Of a DNA stretch of 64,000 nt, positions 1-13,729 are shown piece after piece. This DNA comes from Sphagnum compactum (lineage: Eukaryota). The translations under genes and the position numbers were made by a program. The stretch spans positions 15,304,213 through 15,368,212 of the forward strand of contig OZ234493.1 of the NCBI GenBank assembly GCA_965153455.1, read 5' to 3'. Under the pieces are notes generated by a model. It was not told where the DNA came from and made no database searches. It saw nothing but the letters and a program-made list of their open reading frames with translations. Numbering within the stretch: the stretch's first letter is position 1; each line of letters begins with the position of its first letter.

Positions 1-1003
1 GTACATTGATAGTTTAAAAATGGAGAGGAATCGAAGAGAAATTCATTTTGTTCTTTTTAACAACCATATTTTTGATAGTCTTCAGAAATAATAATGATTG
101 TGCCAAATATATACATGTTGTAGCAAGCTTGAAAGCATAGTGTTATAATATATACTACTTGAAGTTGTTGGAATTGCAAATTTTGAATGCACAATTGAAC
201 TTGATTTTGAAATTGAATTTTTTACAAGCTATTTGTCATTAATGTTTAGGTTTGCAAAGGGGGGGGGGGGAACAAAAGACATGCAAGGTGTGTGTGTTGC
301 TTACACATGTGATTGTTATTTGTAGTGCATAACATTGAGCTCAAAACCTTTGACAACCATTACATGTAACATTGTTTATCTTGCATGAAATCTATGGTTT
401 TTGACAACAATTTTGTTGGTAAATTGTAACATCGCCTACCTTTCATGAAATCAAATGTTAACTAACAAATGCGCTACCACTAAATTAACATTAGGTATCA
501 AACCAAATTCCATGTCATCATTTTTATAATTTAATACTTTATACATGATTGCATGCCAAATTGAGAAAATCCTAATGCTACCTTACCAATGACTTAACAT
601 TAGGTGTGAATGATGTTTAACTAGAGATAATAAATTAATTTGAACCTTAAATCAAGCAAAAGTTGAGATACAATTTTATAACAATTTTTTTTTCTCCAAA
701 ACTTACATTGACTGAATTTTTGAAAAAAAAAACCCTACAAGAGATGGGCAATAAAACCTTCTTTGGATATGGAGACTTTTTTTTGGCTTTGCCTGTAGTG
801 AAGAGGCTATGCATTATTGTAGGATTTAAGCATAAAAATTTGTCTCAAATTGGACGGAATGTGTGAGTGACTTGGGCACTATTATGTGTGCATATGATGG
901 ATGAACATGTTCCATAGAAGTGCATGCATGGGCATCAAAAGTTGCTCTAGATCCAGTAAAGGAAATTTGAAGTCTGAACTTGCCATAAAGGAGGGCAGAG
1001 TCA

Positions 1004-1108
1004 TTAGGGTTTAAAGGAGGTTTAGGGTTTAGGGTTTAGGGTTTAGGATCCTAAACCCTCCTTTAAACCCTAAACCCTAAACCTAAACCCTAAAACCCTA
1101 AACCCTAA
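1004..1108. repeat. Interstitial telomeric repeats, (TTTAGGG)n followed by (CCCTAAA)n around a palindromic centre
   Basis: TTTAGGG units switch to CCCTAAA units at the perfect palindrome GGGTTTAGGA|TCCTAAACCC. TAGGGTTTAAAGGAGG (1005-1020) is the reverse complement of CCTCCTTTAAACCCTA (1057-1072). Confidence 0.9.
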
Positions 1109-1368
1109 AAATATGAAACCATGATCACCCAGAAAGTATAATCTGGATTTTGTATAGGATCTAATGACACAAATTGAGTCTTCTTCTCTAGAGACATTTT
1201 TATTCTTCAATTATTTGGATACCAGTCAACAACCATTTAAATAACCTTGTTTATTCGGACATAGCCAAAAAAGCAATGAGAATCTCCTGGCCATAAAGCA
1301 TCACCAGCCAGAGCTTCTTGCAATTAGTCTATGGACTTTTCCTATTTTTGAATGAAAAGGGTATAGAA

Positions 1369-1574
1369 CTAGGGGTTTAGGGTTTAGGGTTCAGGGTTTT
1401 AGTTGGTGGACTGCAACCCTAAACACTAAAAGAACACTAAACCCTAAACCCATCATACAAGTGGGGACCCATAAATCTAGGAAACAAATCTCCCTCTGTT
1501 TTTTCATGTAAATCAGTGCCAAAAGGTTCTAAAAAGAAATTCCAGAAATTAGGGTTGCAGTCCACCTACTAAAA
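1369..1574. repeat. Second degenerate telomere-like cluster with a 26-bp inverted repeat
   Basis: TTTAGGG/CCCTAAA variants. 1397-1422 (TTTTAGTTGGTGGACTGCAACCCTAA) and 1549-1574 are inverted copies with 1 mismatch. Confidence 0.8.
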
Positions 1575-2447
1575 ACTATCCCATCTCAAACAAACAACAT
1601 GATGCCCCCCCTTAACTTTGAGCCAAAAGAATGAGCCAAAAGAAATAGCTATGGTTGTGGGTGGGGCGAGCTCTGAGAGGAGCGAATGGGGGAAGTATAA
1701 ACCAAGAGTTTTGGGGTAGGTATTAGAAAAAAAAACCCTAAACTGCATCCAAGCCCCATCCGGGTATCAGACTTGATGCCCATGGTTATTAGAAATGTTC
1801 AGATATATCTGGTCCTGATATATACTCACGGTTATCGAATAAATCAAATGCCTTGTTATTATATACAATGACGGTTTTCAACCCTTTGTTTTTAAGAGTC
1901 AAATAACCACTTAGGGAACTGCTGCTGGGTATTTGCTGGTTTTTTCATGAAACCTGGTGGTTCTTTGAATTCTGGTTATACCTGGAACCAACGGTTATTA
2001 AACCCAATCAAAGACCCGCCCCTCCCCCACACTGGTATAAACATATCTAAATGGTATAAATTAAGTTTCTAATTTATTTGTAATTTATTTCCAATTTATT
2101 GTGACCATGAATTTTCTTTTCAATTTTGTGACATCAAAAATTTTGGCAAATTCTTTTTCTAGAAACTGAAACTTAGCAAAATTAGTCAAATTTATACTAG
2201 AAGAAAAAAAAATCCCAAAAAATCCCAATTATTTTTGGCAAAAAAAAAAAAAAAAAAAAAACCACTTTGTTGTGACTATGCCATTGAATAATTTCCCACT
2301 TTCACAAAATATATTTGTGATTTATTATTAAGTCTCAGAGTACTAAAGCATTCAAGCTTCAATGTTCCGTAGCTTGGAAACTGAGTAAGTATTGGGTAGT
2401 TACCACTAACCACACCTAGCATGGTATGTTGTGACTCATATTAGTTA

Positions 2448-2745
2448 GTTGTGGGGACCCCCAAAGTTCCAAAAAAAATAAAAATCTTTCCCAATGGGCA
2501 TCTTTGATTGGCCCATCACCAAAAAATAAAGTAAGTAATCAAGCTTTGAACAGTCCCAAAATCGATATGTTGTGGTCTTCTCCTTTGGGCTCCTTAATAG
2601 GTTCACAAGAGTAAAACTTAGGGCAAAGGATATGGGATAAAAGTGAGGAGTGAGGACCCATTGGGAACATGTTGGGGAACACATTGGGAACTTGGGTAGC
2701 ATCTTGGGAAATTGGTGGGAACACATTGGGAACACCAAACCTAAC
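2448..2745 (+). repeat. Dispersed TTGGGAAC-rich non-autonomous repeat (copy 1)
   Basis: Multiple (CA)TTGGGAAC(A) units. A related copy lies in opposite orientation at ~47370-47520 (GTTCCCAA units, CCCAATAGCACC...ATCCC.TATG..TTG.CAAA). Confidence 0.65.
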
Positions 2746-3293
2746 TCCAGTGTGTATGTATACATGCAACTCAAAATAAAGGGTTCAGGATTAGTTTGCA
2801 AAATGGAGGTTCACATTGAATTTATTTCTTGCAAATATTGTTCTTTTCTTACACCAAAAATTTGGGAACTTTTGTTTTACTAGTGTAAATGTAACTAATT
2901 TTGTTTTTAATTTTTGGGGAAAAATCACCAGTTTTTCAATATAAGTTTCTTTTAAAAAATAGCCCTGAAAGGCATACTCATATTCAGCAATGTTTTTTGT
3001 TTTCCAATTTTGTAATGTGGCACAAGTTGCAATCATCCACCAGACAATTTAATCAAATTTGGCTAAAAGCAAAATATGAAACTAAAAACATACAAGCATA
3101 TTTCTATGTTGTTAGATACCCATTCAAACCTAATGTCAAATCTGGAAATTTTTTAAATAATAATTTCAACACTTGAAAATTAGATTTTTTTTAAAAACTG
3201 ATTTTTAGCATTATTTTCAAAAAATTGCTAGCTAGCTAAAATTCACTAAGAAAAAGTATTTTGATTATTATTGTGAGTTTTTTTCCAATGGAC

Positions 3294-6200
3294 CACACTA
3301 ATTAGGAGTTTAATTCACTAGTTTAGAGCATTTGAAACCCTACAAAAATGCAAGTTGACCCTAGTAAGGTTCTCATTTAATGACATTAGTAAGAAATGTG
3401 AGTGTAGTTATTTAACCCAATTCACTATGGGGTTCCAAAAGTGAACTATGCCACCATACTCTTGCATCATTTTGTCTTGGGTGAAACTTGCATCATTCAT
3501 GCCTACCTCTCTATTGAAAGAATTCACTAACATCCATTTTTATTCAAGTAATTATTTTAATCTCGGATTAAAATGTATAATTTTCATTATTTCATATGTT
3601 GCATTTTTATTGTGTATATGAAATTATTTAATTTATGTATGTTCAATGTATATAATGTTAATGTACAATATATAACATTGAAGTTTTTTGTAAATATCCT
3701 TATTAATTATATGTTCATACATCATATTGTATATATAACATATAGTACGTTTAGTAATACCATGTAATATGAAATATATTATAATTCAATTTCATATCAA
3801 ATATCAAATATCAAAAAATTGTTGACATGATATACTATTGATTTTATAATATATTATGAAATATTAATATCAATTTATTTATGGTTAATTAATATTAATG
3901 AATTTTTTACATTTTATTTATGTTGGCCATCAATTATTTTGCATAAACAAAGGTTGCAAATTATGAAAAAAAATTCATACAAATATATTTTAAATGGTTG
4001 TCAAACAATCAAATTTGAATGTGTTTTCCTTAAAAGGGCTGGAAAAATTTTATATTTATTTATTACACATGAGTAGAAATTTGAAAAAACATCAAAAATG
4101 AATTCTCATTTGTTTCATCTGAACAAAGTACCAAAAAATTTATATATGTCAAAGTTTGATTTGTAAAAAAAATTAGTGTAATTGTGATATATGTAATCCT
4201 TGACACCTTTTGTCACAATGTCAAATTGTAGTTGGTTGGCAATGACAATTAATTGAACCAAGGTTTGAACCAATGTTGGGTAAGTACTAAACCCAAGTTC
4301 AAAATCAAAATGGAATTTAGTTCGATTCTCTTCTAAAAGAACCAATGGGTATCAACAAGGGTGATATCCTAATCATCATGTATCATCTTGTTCAAAACCA
4401 ATTGACTAAAAACTAGGTTGTTTTGATAACCTTAAATAAAGGGAACCTCAAGTAAGTTATATTAATAACCCTCGTGTATGGATCTAGGGTATAAGCTTCT
4501 TGGTAATTAATTAGTTTTAGGTTGGGTAGGCATTAAGGTTCAAGGCATCACATCTAATTTTGTGAAGAAAGGTGTGAATTGCTAAATTGTGTCTACAACT
4601 AAAAGCTTTGACTTTTGGATGTCCAAAAGGGCACATGATATTTTTTACATTGGTTGTGAATTTTTTGGGAATGGATTGGATGCCAAACCATATTACAATT
4701 GGCTTGTTTGCTGCATTTGAAACTTCATGCCAATTGTTGACAAAAAATCTACAAGATCTTATAATATAGTCTGACCAAAAAATCATTGTTCATGTGAAAG
4801 ATGAAATATCTAATTTGTATATAATGATAACTCCACTCAAATATGTAATTAGTCGTGACATTTTGGGTGTAAAGGAAAAAATTTAAAGGACAATTCTTTT
4901 CTAAGGCCTATGGGTATCCACTATTGAAGAAAATATTTACATAGGTTTGAAACATGTTTCTATCAAATTTGCAAAATTGTATAATGTGGCTTGAAATGTC
5001 AGGGAAAGGGCAATAAGAGTGGATGAAAGGTTGCACTAATGCAAGTCTTTATGCACAAAAATTGAACACACTAATGAAAACAAGGTCTCAACCCCCCCCC
5101 CCCCCCCATGACATATATTGCAAATTATTGTTGATTGTTTGTCTTTTGTTGTCACTACATGTGTTTTAAACTAGTTAAGGGGTCATTGGTTGTTTAACGA
5201 TGTGTTGCATGCAACTATAACCATGGGCCTTAAACTAAAAGAAAATATTAACAATTCTCGTGTTTTGAATAACTTCATGGAAGATGATTTAGGTGTGGAT
5301 AATAAAATTGAAAAGTGTTGCATTGAACATGAAAAGGAAATATGTGGGGTCATTAATTCAAGTTCTTTCTTTCTTAACAAAATATGACGAAAAGAAAACT
5401 CCCAATATGTTATCCCTAATCTTAGATCCTACATACAAAACTTTGCGATTAACCTGTTATTTTATTGGTCATGAACAAGGGGTGGCCATAGTTGAAAAAC
5501 ATCATAGGAGATCCTTGTTTCCTATGCTCTTGAAGTTTTATCATCATTTGCATTGATTATTGGGGGGTGGAATTTCTTTCTTAATAGAAGTGAAGAAGAT
5601 TGTAATGTGCATATTTTTGAAATGGCGGTGAACATCGGTGAACATGCAAAAGAGCTTGTCAATTGAAACTAAGAAAATATTTTCCCATGTTGAGATGTCA
5701 ATCTTTGTGAATAATAATTGGCCCAATGAAGTTAGGGCTAATTGTAAGCCCCCTTTTAATTTGGTAAAATTGATGGAGTTTAATGCGGGATTAAAGGAGG
5801 AATTATAATAGTTTGAAGGTTCATCTTAGCAAGATGAATTGAAGGAAACACAAGTATTTTGATACATTGTATGCAATGATTATTACCTTGGCCATTCAAA
5901 TATTTCATAATTTTATTTTAATGTTTATTTGTCATATTTCAAAACTTGTGTTGGTTATCGGGTTTGAAAATATACCTAAAGTATTGGAAAATGATCATAA
6001 GAAAATAGTTTAAATTTTAAATTGACTTAAATAAGCATTTAAGTATAATCAACTAACATGAATGAAGTAATAACCATTTTTGAAAGAATTAGTTTTGAAA
6101 ATAAGAAAAAAGTAAGAACTAGGAAGGGAGTTCTTTTTAAAAGGAGAATTGTCCCAGTTTTTTGGAAAAATAATATGAAAGAATTGGAATAATTGGTCAT

Positions 6201-6572
6201 TAATAAAATTTGATATCTTCCAACACTTGTTCAAACCTTGATACCAACAATTGTATGTTGACCATATACATGCCACACAACTTTAAAATATGACTATTAT
6301 TAATACATGTAAAATTTCTATTTGACCAAATATTAATGAAATCATAATGTCCATAGCCACTTGTCCTTTTTCACTAAAAGGCATAACAAATTCACTAAAT
6401 GTTTTATTTAATGAAGTTATCCCAATTTCACCCAAAACTTAATAAAAAACCAATCCCCATTCATTAGAGGGCATAGCACATACACTAATTTTTCATTTAA
6501 TGAAATTGTTTCAATTTCACCCAAAACCTAGCAAAATTCCTAGTGAACTTGGCCACATCCCCTATTAGTGTG
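3294..6572. mobile_element. CACTA-like non-autonomous shell, interrupted by a nested hAT element
   Basis: Terminal inverted match CACACTAATTAGG (3294) / CCTATTAGTGTG (ends 6572). Repeated AATTCACTA / TAGTGAA subterminal motifs at both ends (3240-3530, 6390-6550). Flanks GAC/AAC are an imperfect 3-bp TSD. Confidence 0.5.
4259..6240 (+). mobile_element. Decayed hAT DNA transposon with TIRs and transposase remnants
   Basis: 21-bp TIRs CAAGGTTTGAACCAATGTTGG (4259-4279) and CCAACACTTGTTCAAACCTTG (6220-6240), 19/21 match. Broken + strand frames read FFTLVVNFLGMDWMPNHITIGLF and NMLSLILDPTYKTLRL (hAT 'LDPR.K' motif). No convincing 8-bp TSD. Confidence 0.7.
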
Positions 6573-6985
6573 AACAAAGGGATCAACCACCATTCATTAA
6601 TTCATCATTCACAAATAAGTAAAAACCAATGTTGAACATGTACATATTACAAACTACACCAAATCTTGGTGTCAAGATGTTTCTTAAGGTCCATAACCAT
6701 GGTTTTATAGAAATAAAATACTCAATTTTTGATATATAATCACAAATTTCAATTTTTTGAAAAAGCCACAAATGCATGTTAACATTGCAATATGTGGGTT
6801 GCGCAACTTTCAAATCATGTTAAATTTTTGAAAACTCCAAAATTAACTATTAATTAACTACTATATATTTACATGATCAATGTCATGATATTTTTCTAAC
6901 AAAATATACTAATGTCATTACTTATGTGTATAAATCAAAAGTGAAAATTCATAACCATGACTTTAAAATATCCAATAACTTATTA

Positions 6986-6989
<4 letters not shown>

Positions 6990-7017
<28 letters not shown>
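6990..7017. repeat. (GT)14 microsatellite
   Basis: Read directly from the sequence. Confidence 0.95.
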
Positions 7018-7022
<5 letters not shown>

Positions 7023-7216
7023 TTGAAAAAAATTAAAAACTTGTCAACTAATCTTTTACAAAATTGTTGAATTGAAAATTAAGCATATTTACTGAATTGA
7101 AAACCATGTTTATTTTGTGACAACAAAAGAAAATTCAAATTACTTATGTAAAATTGTTCCCAAATACAATGACTTTTTAACCACCAACATTTGAAAAGAA
7201 ATTCAAAAATTTTAAA

Positions 7217-9838
7217 CCCAAGAAGAAAACAAAATTTTTGTAACAAATCAATTTGTGACTACTTGTGATTATTGTTGTTTCTGACAATCATTGGTTATTT
7301 CTACAAAAAAAATAATTCATTTGGTTATGCTTATAACTACACTACAATTACCTTGTGGCTAATGTTTTATTCATTCATCCATTTGGAAAGCTTTTAACAT
7401 GATTTTCAATCAAGATGACCCATCTATGTCCCATTAGTTGCAAATGTGATCAAATGAATTGCAACCTTGTATGTATTCAAATTGTCTTTGTGTATTCCAA
7501 GATGTATGTTGGATTTATAATAGTGTATTTGGATCTATTCTATTCATTAATATATGGGTGGATATTAAAATGTATTTTTTACACCAATTATTATTATTTT
7601 ATAGTAAACAAATTTCAAATAATTATGGTAAAATTGATTACTATAATTATACATTATACATTAATGTAGTAAAAATATAATTCATAATTAAAGTTTGTAT
7701 TCATAAATTCTGATTTTGATTTTTTTTAAAAATATGATGAAAAATATTCGTAGTAATTTTATTGTAAAAGATTATTTGATGTAATTATTGTAATTATAGT
7801 ACTTCAATTAGACTAAGTTATTGTATTTATTACATATAATCACTTACTTAAAATCAAAGTATATTATAACATAAAATTTTACAATAATTATTAAAAATTT
7901 CCAGTTATCAAAATTAATTAGGTGAAAAACATTGTAATTACTCTATTAATACATTGATTATAGGTGTGGAAAATTTTACAATTAAATTTAATTATTCATA
8001 ATCTACAACTTATATTTTTTAGTTTATAAACTTATTTCAGACTTTTATAGTAATTCTAATGGAAATATAATAATTAATGCAACAAATGTAATTCTAGGAT
8101 CATATTATAGTAAATTAAAATATTCATTTACTTTTTACTATTATATGTTAATATATTCACAATAATTTTACTGTAATTAAATGAATTTCGACATTAATAA
8201 TGTAATTATACTAATTGAACTAAAATAACTTATTTTCTTTATAACCAATACAAACTTATTTGAATAACTAAATGTTATTATGACATGTAGTTTTACACTA
8301 ATATTTAATATTTTCATTAAAAATAGTTTAATAAGAGAATTTGCATATTAAATACATAATATTATATAATTCATATTTTAACTTGGTATTCATTATTTAA
8401 GACGTATAATTTATTATTTAAAAATATGTTTTAAAGGAAATAATCTTAACATAAATTCAAATTTTGATGTAATTATTTAATGTACAAAATAGAAGTATAC
8501 TAGAAAATTTTATTTATTATTTATATTTACATATCCAAAACAAAAAATATTGGTAATACATTTTTATAGAAGAATAATTAATCATTTAAAAATAATAAAA
8601 ACGTATTCATGTAATTAATGTCTCATTACCTTAAACTGATTGTAACTAATTAATTACAGTATTTTCGTAATTTATATGGAACTTAATTAATCATGATTTA
8701 GAACTTAAAGTTGTTAAGTTTGAATCTGATTTTTAAAAATCATAGTAATTTTACTGTAATTAGAGTAATTAGAATAATTAATATATTTTCAGGGATTATA
8801 ATACAGTAAATTAAAGTATTCATTTTTATGATTACTTATATACAATAAATAATTTTTAATACATCATAAAGTATTTGAGTAAATTTTCTTTAATTAGTAC
8901 AACTAATGTAGTATCTATATATTATTGTATTAATTGTTTTTAATTACTTATTTACAGTTATAATTATTATTACAACTCAAATTTTTGTACTAAGTGTTGA
9001 TACAAAGTGATAAATTTCTTATTTTACAATAATTTCAATAATTGATATTATGTATTATGTGTATATAATAGTAAATGTTTATTATAGTAGTTCAAAAATA
9101 CTTATAACACGTGAAATAATAATTTGAATAATAACTAAATAGCAGGCCTAGGTTACAATATGAAGGTCATTGTTTCACATTTTCATATTCAAAACCATGG
9201 CTATACGGGATGAACTAATTAAAAAATTTAACCCAATTTTTTTTAATAAATTTATGTATTTTACCCTTTAACTACCCTATTTCCCTAACCAAGCTCTTAA
9301 CCTAACTATTTACATATTTACCTACTTAAGTAGATATCTAGCTTAAGTAGGTAGGTAGGTGTTTAGTCTAAATAAATAGGTGGGTAGATCCTACTTACCT
9401 ACCTAGTTCAACCTATTTACATATCTACCTACCTAAATTGGTTTTGCACAAATTTAATCAATATGCCATGTGGCACATTTTGATTGTGACACATGTTGCA
9501 ATTTAAAACCATCTAAACATTTAAATTGGATGTTTTAGATTATTTCATAATTTCATAAATAGAATAATAATATTGAAAATATATTAAATTAATGACATGT
9601 GATAACATATCATAAGAGCACAAGGTTGACCAAATTAGTTGCAATATAGTTGCAAGTGACAATATGTAGATAGTGAGTCAATGAATGAACATGTATTTTA
9701 TTGAGTTTTCTTTCCATCCATGAATGATTGTCGTTTGCGACTTGTCAAACACAACTAAGGGAAATATAGTTACAAATGTCATTTACAACTAAAATTTGTC
9801 GCAAAAACCAGTTGAAAAAACCTTGATTTCTCCTAGTG
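7217..9838. mobile_element. Non-autonomous CACTA-type element with a very AT-rich interior
   Basis: Right end ...GATTTCTCCTAGTG (reverse complement CACTAGGAGAAATC). Left end is the degenerate CCCAAGAAGAAAAC. AAA flanks both sides (3-bp TSD). GCAAC/GTTGC subterminal repeats, ACCTAC-rich palindromes at 9290-9440, no ORF. Confidence 0.6.
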
Positions 9839-12800
9839 AAAATTTCCACATTTCTATATGTGAAGTCAAGTATGCAACCAAAAGTATTGAAGCATGTTTC
9901 AATTTTTCCTTTCATATTTTTAATAGCCAAATTTGACTAAATTGGCTTATGGATGATCTCCACTTTAGCTACATCACGAAACTAAAACAAAAACAAAACA
10001 AAAAAAAAAGACTTGTGAAGATTAGTGTCTTGGATTCAAACTCACTGACCCAAACCATTAATATATATGATTTGTAAAATTTAATTTGCAAGTTTGATTA
10101 AGCATAATTCTTTCCTTAAACAATGAATAGCTTATTGTGAAAGCAATTAAAACATGGAATGGAATGGATTTTTTAGAATAGGAAATTTGCAAGGCATATT
10201 ATAACTATATTTGGTGACAAAAAGCTCAACAATCTATCTTGTGTTAATTGTTTTAGATTGAATGTTCCCAATTGGTGGCTTTTGTGAATACCACCAATGA
10301 TAACAAATTTGTATGTTCCCATGGTGGGAAGTTTATTGAAAAGGAAGGGGACCAAAATCAACACAAAGTACAATTTAATTGGTCTTTCCATAAATAAATA
10401 AAAGGAAATTAGCCATCATTCCATTTGGGCAAATTAGACTCAATTTTTCTTAGAAAGAAATTCATGGGTAGCCTTTTTTCTAGGAAAGAAAAAACCAAGT
10501 TTTCACATAATATTCCATGTTCTTGGGTCATTGTTACAAATATAAGACAATGTGTGTAGAAAGTAGCAAGGAAAGGTTAGAGGTAATTACATTTGAAGGT
10601 TAATTTTTAGGTAACGAGGTAGGTTTATTGAGGTGAAGGAGTTTGGTATGTATGCCTATGTGGGAAGGATGGGATCGAGGAAGTTTGTAAGGATGTAGAT
10701 AAATGTAAGTATGTAGACCTCACATGGACATGCATCCTCCATATGTGGATGCTTATCAGATTTACATAGTAGTTTTGATCATCCACAATGTCAATTTCAA
10801 CAATGTTACAATTGCCATGATCATGAAATTGATTTTCATCCAAGTGATAAATCTCATGAACAAATCTTAATTTGTCATCAAGTTTTTCATATGACCGATG
10901 ACAGGTGTGGTAAATTTCATCCATGAACATAGATTTATTCATTCATGTGGATTGGAAACTCCATACAAAGAAAAACTTCATTGATGTGGTTACATTTCAT
11001 CCATTTGTGGTCAAGTTTATCCATGAATTAAATTCTCATGTTTGTGATATACCTAGTTCATTGTTGATGCTAATTTTAAATCTAATTTTAGACATAATTG
11101 TCAAATTGTATATTCCACAACATTAACCCTTGATCACCCCTCCCCATTTGCAAAAAAAACAATTGAATGCATATAGTGTGTAAAAGAAGGCTAAAAATTA
11201 GGGGTCCAACATGTTAATACGAGGTTCAATGTTCAATCTAACATTCTTCTAAATTTCAGCCCCAATTAAGCATATGACTCCAAGATCATAGGGATTAAAA
11301 TGAAGAATTTGGGCATTCACAATTGATGATCGGGCTAAATAAGGCTTTGAGACTAGAAAAAAATCTCTATGAATAGTGCACTTGAAGGTTTCTAATAATG
11401 TTTCAAAGTTCCTAGTGTGCAAAAAAAGGGAGCAAACTCACATGAATTGAGCTAAAAGGGGTTGAGGCCTTAGTAAGTCTAATGTTTGCAATGTGAGATG
11501 AAGTTTTGCACCTTTTAAAAGTTATGTAAATTTTGTATGATTTTCCAATCCTATAATGAATTTCAAGAAAACCTAATGGTGGAACATAGGCAAATGTAGG
11601 TGTTCTATAAAAAATACATTAGAAACAGTGAAAAGTGCTTAATGAGTTAATTCTAAAACTAATGTTCCATATTTATTATATGCCTTATGGCTATTAAATG
11701 GGCAACTGAAGTGGGAAGCTTGGAATTTCTAAAAATATTTGTAATTGAAAGGCTTATTGGACAATGGTTGTTGTTTTTGTCTATGGTTTTTGATATTGAA
11801 TTGTACTAAACAAAATTTCAAATTTGAGACTAAAAATTGAAAAAAAATCTTGATTTTTTTGTTTTAATGTTTTTCAATTTTCTCCTTCCCAGAATTATAG
11901 TAAAATAATCCAATGCAATGAAGGTAAGACATCATCATGAATATTTAGAGCCATATTGTTGGTATCAAAAATCACATCTATTGGTATTAGCCATTACTAA
12001 ATAAATAATAACTAGACATAGTAGATATTTCAAATTTTTAATTACCCTAATGTTTAGGTTTATTTCATAATAAGACACTTAATGATTATTATTTTTTGTC
12101 AACTATGTTTGGTAGTAAAAAGAATAATAATAATTTGCAATTTGGTGTTATACTAAATAATGAAGTTGTTGTGTTTAATGCCCTCATTCATATTTTTGGC
12201 ATGGCATACACCTATTTTCAAAAAAAATTGACAATTTCAAAAAATGATTAACTAGTGCCTAACCAACCTAAGTACTATGGTATAAAAACATGTTTGGTCT
12301 TTATGAAATATGATACTTGCCCAACACTAAAAGAAACCTTCACACAATCAAAATATAATTTTGTATTCTAATTAATTCAAACACCTTTTTTATTGTATTG
12401 CTCAATGTGTATAATTATAACCTTGGCCAAGGACACAAAATATTGTTTCAAACTTTTGTTGAGACATAATTTATTTGGATTACATCAAAGAACATATTCA
12501 AGAACTAAAGTGAATAAGTTTATGGTGTTTGGTCATACATCATATTAGTGTTGAATAAGTTGAAAGTAGTTTGGGGATTGCTTCTATTACCATGAAATCA
12601 ACCTAGGCACTAGTGCAATTAAAATTTCATACTAAAGTTATGAAGCTTCATGCAAAAAAAATAGAGAATTGTTTCAAAATTAATCCTTCGATAGACCAAA
12701 AAAAACACAAATGAACCCCAAATTTAATTGCTTGTGCACATAAAAATAAACAAATTGCTAAATTCTAAAATAAATACCAAAACAAGATATAATTTAGATA

Positions 12801-13729
12801 AAACAATAAAACAACTTTGGATACCATTGGAACAACAATCAAGTAAAGCCATTAAGGGTTTTCCCATCACAAATCATGTAATGCATTTCCCACCAAAAAT
12901 CATAAGGAATAAAGCACGGGTAAACCCCACATAACTTTGCAATCCTAAAGTAAAAGTTCATAGTTTTGAATTAAATACATTACATCAAGTAAGAAGTTTG
13001 TTGCAAGAGTTTCAATGTTTTTAGAAATGTTACAATTTGAGATCAATAAAAGATTAAAAGTAGAAAAACTTGAAGAAGTGGAAATAATGCAAAAAAAACT
13101 AGATTTAACTAGCATACCAAAATTAGTTTAAGAATACAACGTCAAGTATTCAAACTACCTCTATTATCGTTGGGTTCAACAATCATCACTCCTACAAGTG
13201 CCATCACATTTTAGTAGTAGCATTAGTCATAGATTTTTTTATTTTCCATCACGACACACTTTTAAATACATTCCCATAGCTTGCACATCCATAATTAATG
13301 TCGCATTAGATTGGAAAGACTTTGTTAACTTCTATGATTTACATGTTTCTTGTGAGGAGGTGGAAACCTATGCATTTGAACACTATCTGAATCTAACATT
13401 TTTTTGATATCTTGGCTTCATACAAGAAACATTGTCCAATTCATACCTTTTGTAGGACCTGAATAGACACCCCTAAATGCTTGGACATTGGGTCCCAAGA
13501 GGAATAGGATTAAAATGAGTTGCCTTCCAATACATTTCAATGTGCAAGAAAACAATGGAATGGGGTTTCATGTACCAATTGTGAAGAGCAAGAAAACCAA
13601 CATACGCAACCTACCACCCCAGCAACACATGTGAATCAACATTTGCAACCAACCACAACAACAACACAACAACAATGCCATCTTGTCACAACAATAGTAC
13701 AAAATTCAACCAAAACTAACAAACAACCT

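Noticed and set aside
11140-13150. Possible second hAT-like transposase remnant
   Set aside because: Only a weak NVR*S (TRW-like) hint; too decayed to support a call.
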